This document shows, one piece after another, positions 1 to 9,573 of a DNA stretch of 64,000 nt. How positions within the stretch are numbered: the stretch's first letter is position 1; each line of letters starts with the position of its first letter. The notes below the pieces were generated by a model. The model searched no databases. It worked only from the letters and a program-made list of their open reading frames with translations, and was not told where the DNA came from. The position numbers and the translations under genes were made by a program. The stretch is from an uncultured virus (IMG/VR IMGVR_UViG_3300025072_000003) (lineage: Duplodnaviria; Heunggongvirae; Uroviricota; Caudoviricetes), in IMG/VR virus record IMGVR_UViG_3300025072_000003; one strand, written 5' to 3'.

Positions 1-431
1 GTCTGATAATTGTCAAGGTTGTTTTTGCCGCCCTTTGATTTTGGAACAATATGATCTTTAGTCATTAAGATAAGTTCATTATCAACGACAGAGTATAAAT
101 TAAAATGACACCCTCCATCTAAAACCCACTCGTCAAGGCTCATGTATTCTCCTTTTGCCCCACAACACATGCAAGATATACCTCTTGAGAACAAAGTATA
201 TCGTTGAGAACAAATTTTTACAGAATGTTCAACTTCATCTACAACAAAAACCCTTCTTGTTTTGCGATACTTTTTATCTGATGGATCATCAACAAGCAAT
301 AAGTGCTTAAATAATTCCTCTGGGTTGAAAAGTGCAAGACTGAAATATGGCATGTTGCCGTTACAGGAAATCCATGGAGCAATTCCAAGATCTTCTAACT
401 TTGAATATTCAATGTCTATGACTTCACTCAT
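1..431 (-). CDS. HNH endonuclease (3' end truncated by window edge)
   Basis: Hand translation from ATG 431: ...CMCCGAKG...HFNLYSVVDNELILMTKDHIVPKSKGGKNNLDNYQ; paralogous to 20472-21389. Confidence 0.75.
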   Translation of the reverse strand, partial: MSEVIDIEYSKLEDLGIAPWISCNGNMPYFSLALFNPEELFKHLLLVDDPSDKKYRKTRRVFVVDEVEHSVKICSQRYTLFSRGISCMCCGAKGEYMSLDEWVLDGGCHFNLYSVVDNELILMTKDHIVPKSKGGKNNLDNYQ

Positions 432-555
432 TGTGTTTCCCATTTCATTATTGATAAAATCAAACCAATTACCATCGTACTTGTCGCTATCAAAGAACCG
501 TTAAGTAATACAACGTCCATGTTGATTTCCCCCTAAAGTAAAATTAAAACGCCCC

Positions 556-897
556 TCAATCCCTTTCGTCATAGTCTCCATACGGAAGATTGTCATAGTC
601 CTGATTGAATTGTCTGCTAGAGTATTCCTGGTGGTCGTTTAATTTTTTATTTGAAGCCGCAAGTCTCTTTTTAAGAGATGCGATTTCATCCCTTTGTTCT
701 CTTAATTTTTCAAATACCAATTCTGCCAATGCGCAAGTCCGATGTTGCCAGTAATCATTTAGATGGAATTCGTATGGATAACACTCTTTCTCTAGTCCCC
801 CATAAGGAACTAAATTAAAACTGTTTACAAGATTCAATGGATCGTCTGTATCCAATGCTTCTCTTATTTCGTCTATTCCTGGCGTTTTCACAATCAA
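556..897 (-). CDS. hypothetical protein
   Basis: ORF in packed minus-strand operon, GGAG upstream. Confidence 0.6.
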   Translation of the reverse strand: MIVKTPGIDEIREALDTDDPLNLVNSFNLVPYGGLEKECYPYEFHLNDYWQHRTCALAELVFEKLREQRDEIASLKKRLAASNKKLNDHQEYSSRQFNQDYDNLPYGDYDERD

Positions 898-925
898 TTC
901 TCCAAAGGGATTCCATTAAAAAACT

Positions 926-1198
926 TCATTCAATCATCTCCATTCCCAAAACCCAAAATAACACACCTACAAAGTATGCAACTATGGCAATGAGTAGCGT
1001 TACAAAACTTCTAATGAACCACAGTAACACAAGCCAAAAAATGGCTGCGAATGTTAATTCATCTCCATTAATCATTTTAACAATGTCAAAAATTGCTGTT
1101 GCAATAACATAAATTTCGTAAACCACTCCACCGAATGCTCCAAGAACGAAACACGCAACAGACAAAACAAGTAGGCATACTCCACTAATGTTTTTCAT
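926..1198 (-). CDS. small membrane protein
   Basis: hydrophobic 90 aa ORF, overlaps neighbour stop/start. Confidence 0.6.
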   Translation of the reverse strand: MKNISGVCLLVLSVACFVLGAFGGVVYEIYVIATAIFDIVKMINGDELTFAAIFWLVLLWFIRSFVTLLIAIVAYFVGVLFWVLGMEMIE

Positions 1199-1560
1199 AA
1201 TCCACCTGTCCTTTTTACGTTCTTACGCTTAAGACTAATAGACACTACATCACCCTGACCTTCATTTCCAACGATGCGCCGCTGAGAGTTGGCTATTTTC
1301 TCTGCGTCTCCAAAATCTTTTGCAAAAACTTTAAACAGATGTCCACAAGGTTTTCCAATCAGGTCAGTTCCATCGCTTATAATTTCATATTCGTGAAGAA
1401 ACTTAAAACGTGGCTTAGTAATTGAATTAACCAATGATTCAAGTTGTTCATATGAAACCGTTTGTCCACCATATGCCAAGTCTAGACACTCAACTTGCGT
1501 TTCATTTAATGTCGCAATTTTGTCCCATAAAGCTTCTATTTGCTCGTCGCTTAAACTCAT
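1195..1560 (-). CDS. hypothetical protein
   Basis: ATGA-type overlaps on both sides. Confidence 0.65.
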   Translation of the reverse strand: MSLSDEQIEALWDKIATLNETQVECLDLAYGGQTVSYEQLESLVNSITKPRFKFLHEYEIISDGTDLIGKPCGHLFKVFAKDFGDAEKIANSQRRIVGNEGQGDVVSISLKRKNVKRTGGL

Positions 1561-2120
1561 GCTGTCACCATTGCCTTGTTCTTCCAGTAATTAAAAGACT
1601 CACGCATTTGTGACTCAAACTCTTCGGGAGTCATATTGGTTGCTGTTCCACCATCTGAGCCAAAATGGTTGTGCATGAGAGTCATAGTCGCAATGGGTGC
1701 CAATTCATCAGTAGGATGACCATTGATTGCTATGACTTCATATTCAGCATCAGTCTCAGCACCTTCGTCCTCTTCCAGAACATCATGACCGTAAAGAACT
1801 ACCTGAACACGCTTGGCAGGAATCTTTTTAGTTTCCCTAATTACATGTGTGCTTTTTCGTGGTTCTTCTCCCTCACTGCGCGACTTGAATTCGCCAACCA
1901 GCTTATCGCCTTCCTTCAACTCAACTACGCCAGTATAGAAGTTGTCTGGTGGGACTTCTACCAGAATCACTCCCTCACGATAACCGGGGGAGATACCACC
2001 TCTTCGTAGATCCATTGATAGCTCGATATGATAAAGCAAGTCTGCCTCGCTACCATCGTAGTGAGTGAATTCGCTCTCGGCTGTTTGTCGCCGTACAAAA
2101 CTGTTGATTGCTACTTTCAT
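1557..2120 (-). CDS. DUF3228-like protein
   Basis: FVRRQ..S.F.H, GYREGVILVEV and T(L)MHN motifs recalled for this family; start moved to MKVAINSF (GAGG RBS). Confidence 0.55.
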   Translation of the reverse strand: MKVAINSFVRRQTAESEFTHYDGSEADLLYHIELSMDLRRGGISPGYREGVILVEVPPDNFYTGVVELKEGDKLVGEFKSRSEGEEPRKSTHVIRETKKIPAKRVQVVLYGHDVLEEDEGAETDAEYEVIAINGHPTDELAPIATMTLMHNHFGSDGGTATNMTPEEFESQMRESFNYWKNKAMVTA

Positions 2121-2491
2121 TTTTCCTCCTCTTGATTCGCGCCCCAAGAATCTGGCGATTCCCACAATGGCGCACTTGAATTAGGAACGGACATTTTTTC
2201 TAATAGTTCATATCTAAAAATGCAAATAAATGTTTCGTATCGTCCAGGCTCAGAAAAAATATCGTTGTGCTTGAACCTTTCTGGCAACTTCATTTGGATC
2301 TCATCCATGCCTATCCAGACAGATTGAAACCCTTCATCAGTTGCCCCGCCATACTGGTCAACTGTCTTGTGCTTTGTGGACACATTAACGTGTAAGATGA
2401 TTACATCATCTGTCATTGTCACTAAGTTGACTGCTTCAACATGACCTGAGTTTCCACGTTCTGGGTGTCTCTTTACATTTATTTTAATCAT
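2117..2491 (-). CDS. hypothetical protein
   Basis: coupled ORF. Confidence 0.6.
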   Translation of the reverse strand: MIKINVKRHPERGNSGHVEAVNLVTMTDDVIILHVNVSTKHKTVDQYGGATDEGFQSVWIGMDEIQMKLPERFKHNDIFSEPGRYETFICIFRYELLEKMSVPNSSAPLWESPDSWGANQEEEK

Positions 2492-2757
2492 ATTTCAAAA
2501 GTCTCCCTCAATCCCTTGCTGGTCATACACTTTGATTGACCAAAGCTGTCAAATTCATACACACGAACCGTTTCATTAATCGGATAGCTATACTTAGCCT
2601 GTCGTGCATCAACCTTCTTTTTGACTCTTTTATAAACCTCTGACACCATGCTTGCTTCCACAAGAAACATATCGCCAGGAACAATGCTGCCCTTATTTGA
2701 ACGACAAACGATATAATTAGTCATGGATTTCTTCTCTGTATTCAGGGACAACATCAC
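2488..2757 (-). CDS. hypothetical protein (true start may be downstream)
   Basis: coupled ORF. Confidence 0.5.
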   Translation of the reverse strand: MMLSLNTEKKSMTNYIVCRSNKGSIVPGDMFLVEASMVSEVYKRVKKKVDARQAKYSYPINETVRVYEFDSFGQSKCMTSKGLRETFEI

Positions 2758-2992
2758 TAACTCTAGTTGTTACGTCTTTATTTTGCATGCGAATCTGAGC
2801 AATCGCCCATAAACGAGCATACCGTTCTGCTGAAATGTTGCGATACCAACATCTCCCATCTGGAGGATAGTCTGGGTCAAAAACGCATTGGTGATATGCG
2901 ACTGGCTCTCCACCACGTCCAAACTCTACGTGAAGTTCGTTCCAATCTTCGCCATTTCGATGTGCGATTGTCGTAACTGCATATCTAACCAC
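2717..2992 (-). CDS. hypothetical protein
   Basis: GGGGAG RBS before GTG. Confidence 0.55.
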   Translation of the reverse strand: MVRYAVTTIAHRNGEDWNELHVEFGRGGEPVAYHQCVFDPDYPPDGRCWYRNISAERYARLWAIAQIRMQNKDVTTRVSDVVPEYREEIHD

Positions 2993-3093
2993 AACTTAAA
3001 CTCCCCAATGAACCCAAACGGCAAATGCCATCAACAACACTGTGAACAAAACAAAAAATAAGTCTACCTTATTCATCGACTTCCTATTTGTAT

Positions 3094-3121
3094 GTTGATT
3101 GAGAATTGATTATCTGACAAC
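3094..3121. repeat. 28-bp dispersed element copy 1 (GTTGATTGAGAATTGATTATCTGACAAC)
   Basis: identical to copies at 3740 and 55905; supplies the last codons and TAA of the upstream gene. Confidence 0.95.
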
Positions 3122-3349
3122 TTTTTCATTGATTATAGCAGCAAGATCGCACGCCTCTACATACTTTGTGTTTTGAAAAACATGAACAGGCAGTCTTTCA
3201 AGAAGAATTTCAAACACTTCACTAACGCTGAGTTTTGAAATGGCGTCACGTTGACATAACGAAAACTGGTTGGCTTTATCTCCCAACAATTCTCGTAAAG
3301 CTATTTCATTCTTGTTTTTCGAATATCTTCCAATGTAAATTACTTTCAT
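3110..3349 (-). CDS. hypothetical protein
   Basis: start moved to MKVIYIG, coupled to upstream stop; ends inside 28-bp element. Confidence 0.55.
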   Translation of the reverse strand: MKVIYIGRYSKNKNEIALRELLGDKANQFSLCQRDAISKLSVSEVFEILLERLPVHVFQNTKYVEACDLAAIINEKVVR

Positions 3350-3693
3350 TTTTGACCTTTCGACACAAGACCCTTCAAGACCGTGAACCAACCAGGACCG
3401 TTTTCTCGCCAATGGTGGCGCACTGTCCGACAATAAGTGTCGCCCTTTTCAATACCTTCTCCATGACTCTTTTTAGCGACATAATTCTGTTGATCTACAA
3501 TTCGCATTCCGCCCTCAACAACTTCGGCATGACAACATGGAGATCCATTGTCATACAAATGCTCTGTGCCAAAGGCGTGATCAAAGCTGTTGTCAATGAC
3601 CACTGCTCGGCAACCTTCTCCGCACTCATTGCAAATTCCCTCGAATCCAATTTCGTTGCATTGGGAAATTTGCCGACTTGACATTTTAAGCAT
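3346..3693 (-). CDS. hypothetical Cys-containing (possible Zn-binding) protein
   Basis: CNECGEGC and SPCC motifs; start moved to MLKMSS. Confidence 0.55.
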   Translation of the reverse strand: MLKMSSRQISQCNEIGFEGICNECGEGCRAVVIDNSFDHAFGTEHLYDNGSPCCHAEVVEGGMRIVDQQNYVAKKSHGEGIEKGDTYCRTVRHHWRENGPGWFTVLKGLVSKGQK

Positions 3694-3739
3694 GATTATC
3701 CTTCCAAAAAAAAGCAAGCAAATGATTGCCTGCTTGTAT

Positions 3740-3767
3740 GTTGATTGAGAATTGATTATCTGACAAC
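3740..3767. repeat. 28-bp dispersed element copy 2
   Basis: identical to copy 1; last base shared with TAG of 3767-4213. Confidence 0.95.
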
Positions 3768-4213
3768 TATTTTCCAACAACTTGCTTCGGCATAGACAAT
3801 TTTGCCTTTCTTCTGTCGTATTCTTCTTTTGGCTCTATTCTAATCATGCACTTTGCTACACCTTTGGATTCTACTGATTTTCGAATTTTTTCAGCTAATT
3901 CATAAGCTCTATTCTTGGCGTCTTCTTCCAAACCTTCGATTTTGAAACTCTTCTTGTCTGCTTTCCCTCTTTTTGAAGCTGCCATAAATGTCAGAACCCA
4001 TTCTGTCACTGGCTTAGGCTTGCTGGCTTGCAGATTAGCTCTATCAAAGTACCAAATCAATGCAGCCATTCCAAACATGAAAATAAACATGAAGGCAATT
4101 AAAGCGTAAACAATTAGTTGTGGTTGTGTTAGATTTATGTTGTCTAACAATTCTGTGATCGGCATCTGTCTCATCCAATCAATGTAATGATCTGTATGAA
4201 TATAAAAACCCAT
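3767..4213 (-). CDS. membrane-anchored hypothetical protein
   Basis: single hydrophobic segment then basic domain. Confidence 0.6.
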   Translation of the reverse strand: MGFYIHTDHYIDWMRQMPITELLDNINLTQPQLIVYALIAFMFIFMFGMAALIWYFDRANLQASKPKPVTEWVLTFMAASKRGKADKKSFKIEGLEEDAKNRAYELAEKIRKSVESKGVAKCMIRIEPKEEYDRRKAKLSMPKQVVGK

Positions 4214-4783
4214 GCAATTACTGCAAAGACTTTGTTAATCGTTGAATCGTCCATTAAGCACTCTTCAAATGTTGGAGCGCTTTTTTCTCTTCCAAGACAC
4301 CCGCAAATGGCGTAATTGCAGAACCATGCAGGCCAATAAAATGCTTTTTTTAACATGTTGAGAATGATCGTCCATTTTTGTGGTTGTAAAAAAACACAAT
4401 AAAACGCTTCTTTCTTGCAGAGAATAACCAATGCGCTTTCCAAAATGATCGACGCAAAAATACATTAGTAAATTTACAAATCAATCGTATTGGCCAGTAG
4501 CTTATGTGGCTACTTGCGGTTCTTAAGTCGTACTTTGTCACATGCATACCCAAAGAAAGTAATCAACCCAGCAACTAAAAGCGTTACTTCTCCAACTCCC
4601 ATACACACACATGAAAACAACATTATTCCACCTTGCATTGTTCTTTCATGCTATTAGATTCTTTTATGCATGAATCATATAAGTTCCAATCCAAAAACCT
4701 TTATCATCCTTTTTGACGAATGACAAAGTATCGCCACCTCGACGAATGCAAATTGGAACAATAAATCTTTTCATGATGGGTAT

Positions 4784-4811
4784 ATTGATTGAGAATTGAT
4801 CTTCTGACAAC
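4784..4811. repeat. 28-bp dispersed element copy 3 (ATTGATTGAGAATTGATCTTCTGACAAC)
   Basis: 3 mismatches to consensus; shares base with TAG of 4811-5095. Confidence 0.9.
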
Positions 4812-5095
4812 TATTTTTTCAAGTCGTCCAATTCATTTTTGAAATCATCCAATGCATCGGCAAAATCATTTACTATTTCCAAACACTCTGAAATTTCTTC
4901 CCCTACAGAAACCGAATCTTCTTCGCTGATTAGAGGATCGCCATGCTTTTCCAAAAGATCAAGTGTGTGATCCATCACATTACATACTTGAATTCCAGTC
5001 TCTTTGATTTCTCCCTCAGGAAAATCCTCTATTGCTTCACGCAACTCTTTGAAATACGCTTCAAACTCAACTCTTTTTGAATAATCAAAACTCAT
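4811..5095 (-). CDS. acidic hypothetical protein
   Basis: coupled ORF. Confidence 0.65.
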   Translation of the reverse strand: MSFDYSKRVEFEAYFKELREAIEDFPEGEIKETGIQVCNVMDHTLDLLEKHGDPLISEEDSVSVGEEISECLEIVNDFADALDDFKNELDDLKK

Positions 5096-5619
5096 GGCGA
5101 TTCTCTTTTAATGTTTTCAACTTCTTCAAGTAGTTTTTGAATTTCTTCTACTTGACTACCCTTACTATCGTCTCGCTGCTTCTTGTCCTTCAAAGCAGTG
5201 CTTGCCCGCTTGCTCATTCTCTTCTGTTTCAGTTTCTCGCGTATTAAATTTCTTCGTTCAACACGCTTTTTGTCAATCTCAGCCGCGACCTCTTCCACAT
5301 ACTCAACATTAACTTGTTGTTCCATGTACTTTTCAGCTTGCTCTTTAACGTTCGACAAGCGGATCTCCTGCTGTTGCTCGGCAACTTCGTCTTCGAACAT
5401 GCCACGATCTCGTAACTGTTGTTTTACGGCTCGTGGGACTCTTACGTTTGCCATTTCGTGACGTAGAGAACCATTCAAGCTACGAAGATAGACGACGACC
5501 ATTGCTTTGGCAACATTCTCACCAAACGTCTCGACAACCTTGTCGTACCCAAACAAACCCTCTTGCTCCAATATTCTTGAAGCATGACTCAAATTTTGCA
5601 ATTCAAATTTAGATAGCAT
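5092..5619 (-). CDS. coiled-coil hypothetical protein
   Basis: 175 aa ORF, charged helical C-terminus. Confidence 0.65.
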   Translation of the reverse strand: MLSKFELQNLSHASRILEQEGLFGYDKVVETFGENVAKAMVVVYLRSLNGSLRHEMANVRVPRAVKQQLRDRGMFEDEVAEQQQEIRLSNVKEQAEKYMEQQVNVEYVEEVAAEIDKKRVERRNLIREKLKQKRMSKRASTALKDKKQRDDSKGSQVEEIQKLLEEVENIKRESP

Positions 5620-5628
5620 ATCAAATTC

Positions 5629-6228
5629 CTAATCCGTGTTGTGTGTCTCTTCACCAGTGTACTCATTCCAATTGTCCCACCAAGCTTCTGTTTCAGCATC
5701 AATTGAATTTTTGTCTTTTTCAAACAGATTTTCATCTTCCCACTTTATTTCCCCATCATCATCAAGAACAAAAGTGTCAACGTCGTCATCATCACTAAGA
5801 AATGAAAATTCTGAACTTCTGCTTTCTCCCCAATGAGTTTGTTTCGGTTTATGTGGTTGAGAAAAACCAGTTGGGGCAATTCCAACAAATGACCTTGCCT
5901 TCTTTGGACGTGTGCAATTCCCAGTTGCTCCAATCTGTGACGCCACAAGACCTTCTGGTGCCAATTCGTCAAAACAATATAGATTGTATAATGAACGGTT
6001 TGAATTTTGAACCTCAATACTCTTACCATCTGCACTAAAACGACCACGCATAGTTCTGCGATAAATCGAAAGTGTTCTCTGAGCAATCATTGTAGCAAAC
6101 AATCTAAAATGAAGCTCTCTCGCCTCATCTACGTCGTCTTTTAATTTCAGTGTAACTCGATTGCTGTTTATCGTAAGTCGATTACACTCGCCGCCTTTTC
6201 TTACGATTGTAACTTCTGGAATCTTCAT
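5629..6228 (-). CDS. hypothetical protein with acidic C-terminus
   Basis: 199 aa ORF, AGGT RBS. Confidence 0.65.
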   Translation of the reverse strand: MKIPEVTIVRKGGECNRLTINSNRVTLKLKDDVDEARELHFRLFATMIAQRTLSIYRRTMRGRFSADGKSIEVQNSNRSLYNLYCFDELAPEGLVASQIGATGNCTRPKKARSFVGIAPTGFSQPHKPKQTHWGESRSSEFSFLSDDDDVDTFVLDDDGEIKWEDENLFEKDKNSIDAETEAWWDNWNEYTGEETHNTD

Positions 6229-6240
6229 TTTATTTTACCT

Positions 6241-6765
6241 TTATAGTTCATAAACTGTAACTGGTGCGTATGGGCACCAAAGTTCTTCAATTAGTTCTAC
6301 AATAAATTCCCAAGTGCCCCCAGCGCGATCACTGCCAAATTTAGGACAATGAATTTCATCATCTTGATTGTGCCACTTCCCCTTCATTTCAAGTCTTCTC
6401 AACAATTGATCTCTTACCTCACACATGCAACTAATCAACGCTTCGTAACGAATAGGCTTTTCGATAGACCTGATTGTTTGGTGTTGAGCAATCATGTTGA
6501 CGACTGCAACTGTTGACAATTGATTGCTTTTTACGGGGTAAGACCATTGAACTTTTCCTAAGACCAAACCGTTCTGACTTTCATGCTCATTCCTATAAAC
6601 ATATTCAGGAGATTCAAACTCCAATTCCATAGGCCATTTTTCAGATACAGGAACAACAAATCCACTTCCCCATGCACCCTCATCATTTACAACGTGAGGT
6701 ATGATCTTGAAATTGTCGTCTTCTGGAAGCAATTTAAATAAATCGCCTTTGATATAATTTATCAC
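6241..6765 (-). CDS. macro domain protein (Poa1p-like)
   Basis: YIKGDLF, IPHVVNDEGAWGSGF, VVNMIAQ and IHCPKFGSDRAGGTW motifs. Confidence 0.85.
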   Translation of the reverse strand: MINYIKGDLFKLLPEDDNFKIIPHVVNDEGAWGSGFVVPVSEKWPMELEFESPEYVYRNEHESQNGLVLGKVQWSYPVKSNQLSTVAVVNMIAQHQTIRSIEKPIRYEALISCMCEVRDQLLRRLEMKGKWHNQDDEIHCPKFGSDRAGGTWEFIVELIEELWCPYAPVTVYEL

Positions 6766-7346
6766 ATTATATCCCTTTCAATGATTAGACGTTGGTGATT
6801 AAACATCCATCTCTCAACGGCTTTTTTGCTTTCTAATAACCCAGAACCAGTTCTTTCTCGGTACATTTTTATTGTAAGTATCTTTTTAAGATACTCGCCA
6901 TTTACGAGAATGTCTATTTCTTCGCCTGATAGATCATCTCCTTCAATAGGAGTTGGATAAGGTCCAAATTTACGACCAGCGGAATCTAACCCTACATCAG
7001 ACAAACTTGGAGGGGCGTTGTATTTTTCATAAATTGAACCGCCAACTCTTTGTTCTTCGACCTCCATATCCTTTTCGTTCCAAATAGGTGGAGTTCTGTC
7101 AGTCAAAGTACCCTTAAACGACTCCAAGTACAAATTAACAGCAGCAAGTGATTTAGACAAACTAACGCCCGTTCTGTTTCTGTAGTCTTTGACCGCTTTA
7201 ATCTTGTTCGTAGGGGCGTTATTTTTTTCACCATCTGCCAAATCTTCTCCAAGCATTGCGCCAAGTTCGTGAGATAGATTATCAACGTCTGTACCCATAT
7301 GCTGAGCAAGACGCAAAACAAGGTATTTGTAATCTGATGCTTTCAT
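6762..7346 (-). CDS. protein with two bL12 (L7/L12) C-terminal-like repeats
   Basis: KIKAVKDYRNRTGVSLSKSLAAV and KILTIKMYRERTGSGLLESKKAVE resemble bL12 KIxVIKxVRxxTGLGLKEAKxxVE. Confidence 0.55.
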   Translation of the reverse strand: MKASDYKYLVLRLAQHMGTDVDNLSHELGAMLGEDLADGEKNNAPTNKIKAVKDYRNRTGVSLSKSLAAVNLYLESFKGTLTDRTPPIWNEKDMEVEEQRVGGSIYEKYNAPPSLSDVGLDSAGRKFGPYPTPIEGDDLSGEEIDILVNGEYLKKILTIKMYRERTGSGLLESKKAVERWMFNHQRLIIERDIM

Positions 7347-7537
7347 TACTGCTTCCTTGAAATGAACTTCATATCTTCCATGCCACTAAACCCCCTAGTC
7401 GTATCCATCACTGTATCGCCCTCTTCAAGGGATACATAAGATTCTGCCTCTGATACAGTGGCAGCGATTACGGGGACTTTTCGAGTCCTTCGCTTTTCGC
7501 CATCAAAATTCTGAATTGTGACTATGTATTCTGGCAT
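7346..7537 (-). CDS. hypothetical protein
   Basis: GGAG RBS, first gene after promoter. Confidence 0.65.
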   Translation of the reverse strand: MPEYIVTIQNFDGEKRRTRKVPVIAATVSEAESYVSLEEGDTVMDTTRGFSGMEDMKFISRKQ

Positions 7538-7569
7538 ATTTTTTCTCCCAATAAATGATGCTTCATACC

Positions 7570-7598
7570 ATTATACTTCAAAAATGGCACATTGTAAA
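7570..7598 (-). promoter_or_regulatory. sigma70-type promoter TTTACA-N17-TATAAT with TTTTGAAG before -10
   Basis: near-consensus hexamers, 17-bp spacer, member of repeated family. Confidence 0.8.
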
Positions 7599-7660
7599 CA
7601 AAAATAGATTACCATTGTTCATATCACCCGCAAGGAACTAAAGTCCCTGTGTTTCTTTCA

Positions 7661-7933
7661 TCATTGCTCATTGTCAACTTCCTTCTCAATAGAAAATGGA
7701 GACTTAATCTCAAACAGCCTGTGATTCGTTCCCTCTGCTTCGTCTATGCGAACTATCGTATCAACAAAAAGCAAAGAGGTAATGACGAACAGACAAATAC
7801 CAATTAAAATTAAAACGCCCCGACGACCATCCTGGCGCTCCCAATAAGCAAATACACTCACAGTCAATGTAAGCGTAAGTAAAACGATTGATGCTAATAG
7901 CATTATGATTGCTGCTGATGTCATACCCACCAA
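7661..7933 (-). CDS. small membrane protein
   Basis: two hydrophobic segments. Confidence 0.55.
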   Translation of the reverse strand: MVGMTSAAIIMLLASIVLLTLTLTVSVFAYWERQDGRRGVLILIGICLFVITSLLFVDTIVRIDEAEGTNHRLFEIKSPFSIEKEVDNEQ

Positions 7934-8127
7934 GTTCCTGTGCTGTTTACATTTTTAATATAACTGAATATAACGAACATCCAAACTGCGAAAAATGCAA
8001 ATGGAACGATAATAAATCCGCCTAACACGCCCACCAATATCTCGCATCCACCAAAGTGGCAAAAAGCATGAGATATACATGCCCAAAGAGAACAATAATA
8101 AATAATATAAAGAACTAATTTATACAT
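7921..8127 (-). CDS. small membrane protein
   Basis: hydrophobic coupled ORF. Confidence 0.5.
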   Translation of the reverse strand: MYKLVLYIIYYCSLWACISHAFCHFGGCEILVGVLGGFIIVPFAFFAVWMFVIFSYIKNVNSTGTWWV

Positions 8128-8484
8128 TTAATTCGCCCTGTTATAAGCTGAAACGCCAGAACAAATCAAAGATATTGGCATAATGAAAAACAAAAGCATG
8201 TTGGCTGTTGGTTCTGGAAAAAATAGTGTTATGGACGTAAAGACTCCTACGTGCAATAAAAACCAAGCTGTTGTTCCTAAAAACGAAAATTCGTAGAAAG
8301 CAGAGTAATTGAAAAGCTGGTACGAATCAATCAACGTCATCTTAAGACTGTTGATTTTTTCACCAATGGTTTCCTTCCGAACATATGGATTGAATTTTTT
8401 ACGCTCCACTTTCGGCTTTTCTGGGGCGGTTGCCCATAGACAGGCTACAACCACAAAAATGATTAATATTATAAATGCAATCAT
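8128..8484 (-). CDS. membrane protein
   Basis: GGAG RBS, three hydrophobic segments. Confidence 0.6.
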   Translation of the reverse strand: MIAFIILIIFVVVACLWATAPEKPKVERKKFNPYVRKETIGEKINSLKMTLIDSYQLFNYSAFYEFSFLGTTAWFLLHVGVFTSITLFFPEPTANMLLFFIMPISLICSGVSAYNRAN

Positions 8485-8517
8485 GCCATATTCTCCAATG
8501 ATCTTTGTTAAGTAATC

Positions 8518-8740
8518 GAAGCACCAACCCGCTAAGGTTGGTGCTTCTCTTACATATTAACTAGGTGGCGCAGTTTATAAGGTTCTGCTACGTGACGAGC
8601 TACCCAGTGAACTCAGGCTTCATATCTTTAGGTTCTACTTATATAAAAGATATGTTGTTGCCCAAAATGGATTAAAGGTTGCGTCTCTTGTCCATTTTCG
8701 TCTAACCTACCATTGTTATTATTACGCAACAATAACAACA
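8518..8740. ncRNA. candidate structured multi-hairpin ncRNA / cis element
   Basis: ORF-free gap with inverted repeats at 8518-8547, 8570-8588, 8597-8614, 8621-8654, 8664-8698 and 8713-8738; AGGTT/AACCT recurs in four of them. Confidence 0.45.
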
Positions 8741-8909
8741 ATTGTGCTAAATTACACGTATACGTTGAAGACTTGCTATTGATTCCGCCAAGGCAAGTGT
8801 AGCCTTAACTTTCGCTAATTCAATAAGCATCTCTGCCTTTTTGTGGTTTTCAGCCTGCCTAGCAATGATTGCAAGTGCATCCTCCAACAATTCATTTGAC
8901 TCTGATCTG

Positions 8910-9221
8910 TTACTCATCTCTATCCTGCCAAGTTGATTTGTGTTCGTCTGGCGTTCTAAACCATTTTGCCAATCCAATGCTAGTTGCTTCCGACAAATGC
9001 TTTTTAGTCCCCATCCAATCTTCTATATTAATTGGAACTTCCACCTGTTCGATCTCTTCAGAAACAGCATGGAGCATTTCATTTACGACCCCCACCATTC
9101 TATCACGATCAACATCGCCAAGCCAAGATTCTATGCAATCCATCAACCTCTTTCTTAGCTTATCACCTTGCGTTCCATAAACGCCTTCGCCAATGTATTC
9201 TTTACTCATGTTCGCCCTCAA
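8910..9221 (-). CDS. hypothetical protein
   Basis: ORF in operon. Confidence 0.55.
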   Translation of the reverse strand: MRANMSKEYIGEGVYGTQGDKLRKRLMDCIESWLGDVDRDRMVGVVNEMLHAVSEEIEQVEVPINIEDWMGTKKHLSEATSIGLAKWFRTPDEHKSTWQDRDE

Positions 9222-9573
9222 AGTGTCTTTTGAAATTCGACCTCACAACCATATCCGCTTTCTTATGTTCGAATTCGCAAGGACAATTGCCACCCATGTA
9301 ACATCTAATTTCCACTTTGCCATTCAATTTGTCAGTAATGTGAGATTTAATTTCATCGTAACAAGATTCGCAAAAATAACATGAATGTTGCTGCCCATCT
9401 TTATTATTTGAGTCATAACCCCAAGTAGCACTCAAAAGTGCGAACTCTGGTCCGCAACGATCATTGGTACAACTGCTACCGCAAATGTCGCAGATAACGT
9501 CTGCAATCTCTTCGACCTTCTCTTGGATCGTCTTTTTAACAACTGTCATATATCCTCCAATTAATGTCGTCAT
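9202..9573 (-). CDS. Zn-finger-like hypothetical protein
   Basis: CDICG and CESC motifs. Confidence 0.6.
   Translation of the reverse strand: MTTLIGGYMTVVKKTIQEKVEEIADVICDICGSSCTNDRCGPEFALLSATWGYDSNNKDGQQHSCYFCESCYDEIKSHITDKLNGKVEIRCYMGGNCPCEFEHKKADMVVRSNFKRHFEGEHE

Noticed and set aside
3094..3121. 28-bp element as a canonical dif site
   Set aside because: Length fits 11-6-11, but the conserved XerD arm (TTATGT-like) is absent and no recombinase is visible in the window.
3094..4811. 28-bp GTT...AAC repeats as a CRISPR array
   Set aside because: Copies are 0.6-30 kb apart with whole genes between them; no regular spacers and no cas genes.
5620..5631. In-frame TAG joining 5629-6228 to 5092-5619 (also prs to 47731-48246)
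   Set aside because: In-frame spacing occurs one time in three by chance; TAGGA doubles as the downstream RBS, and the ACN-TAG-AAC context is missing.
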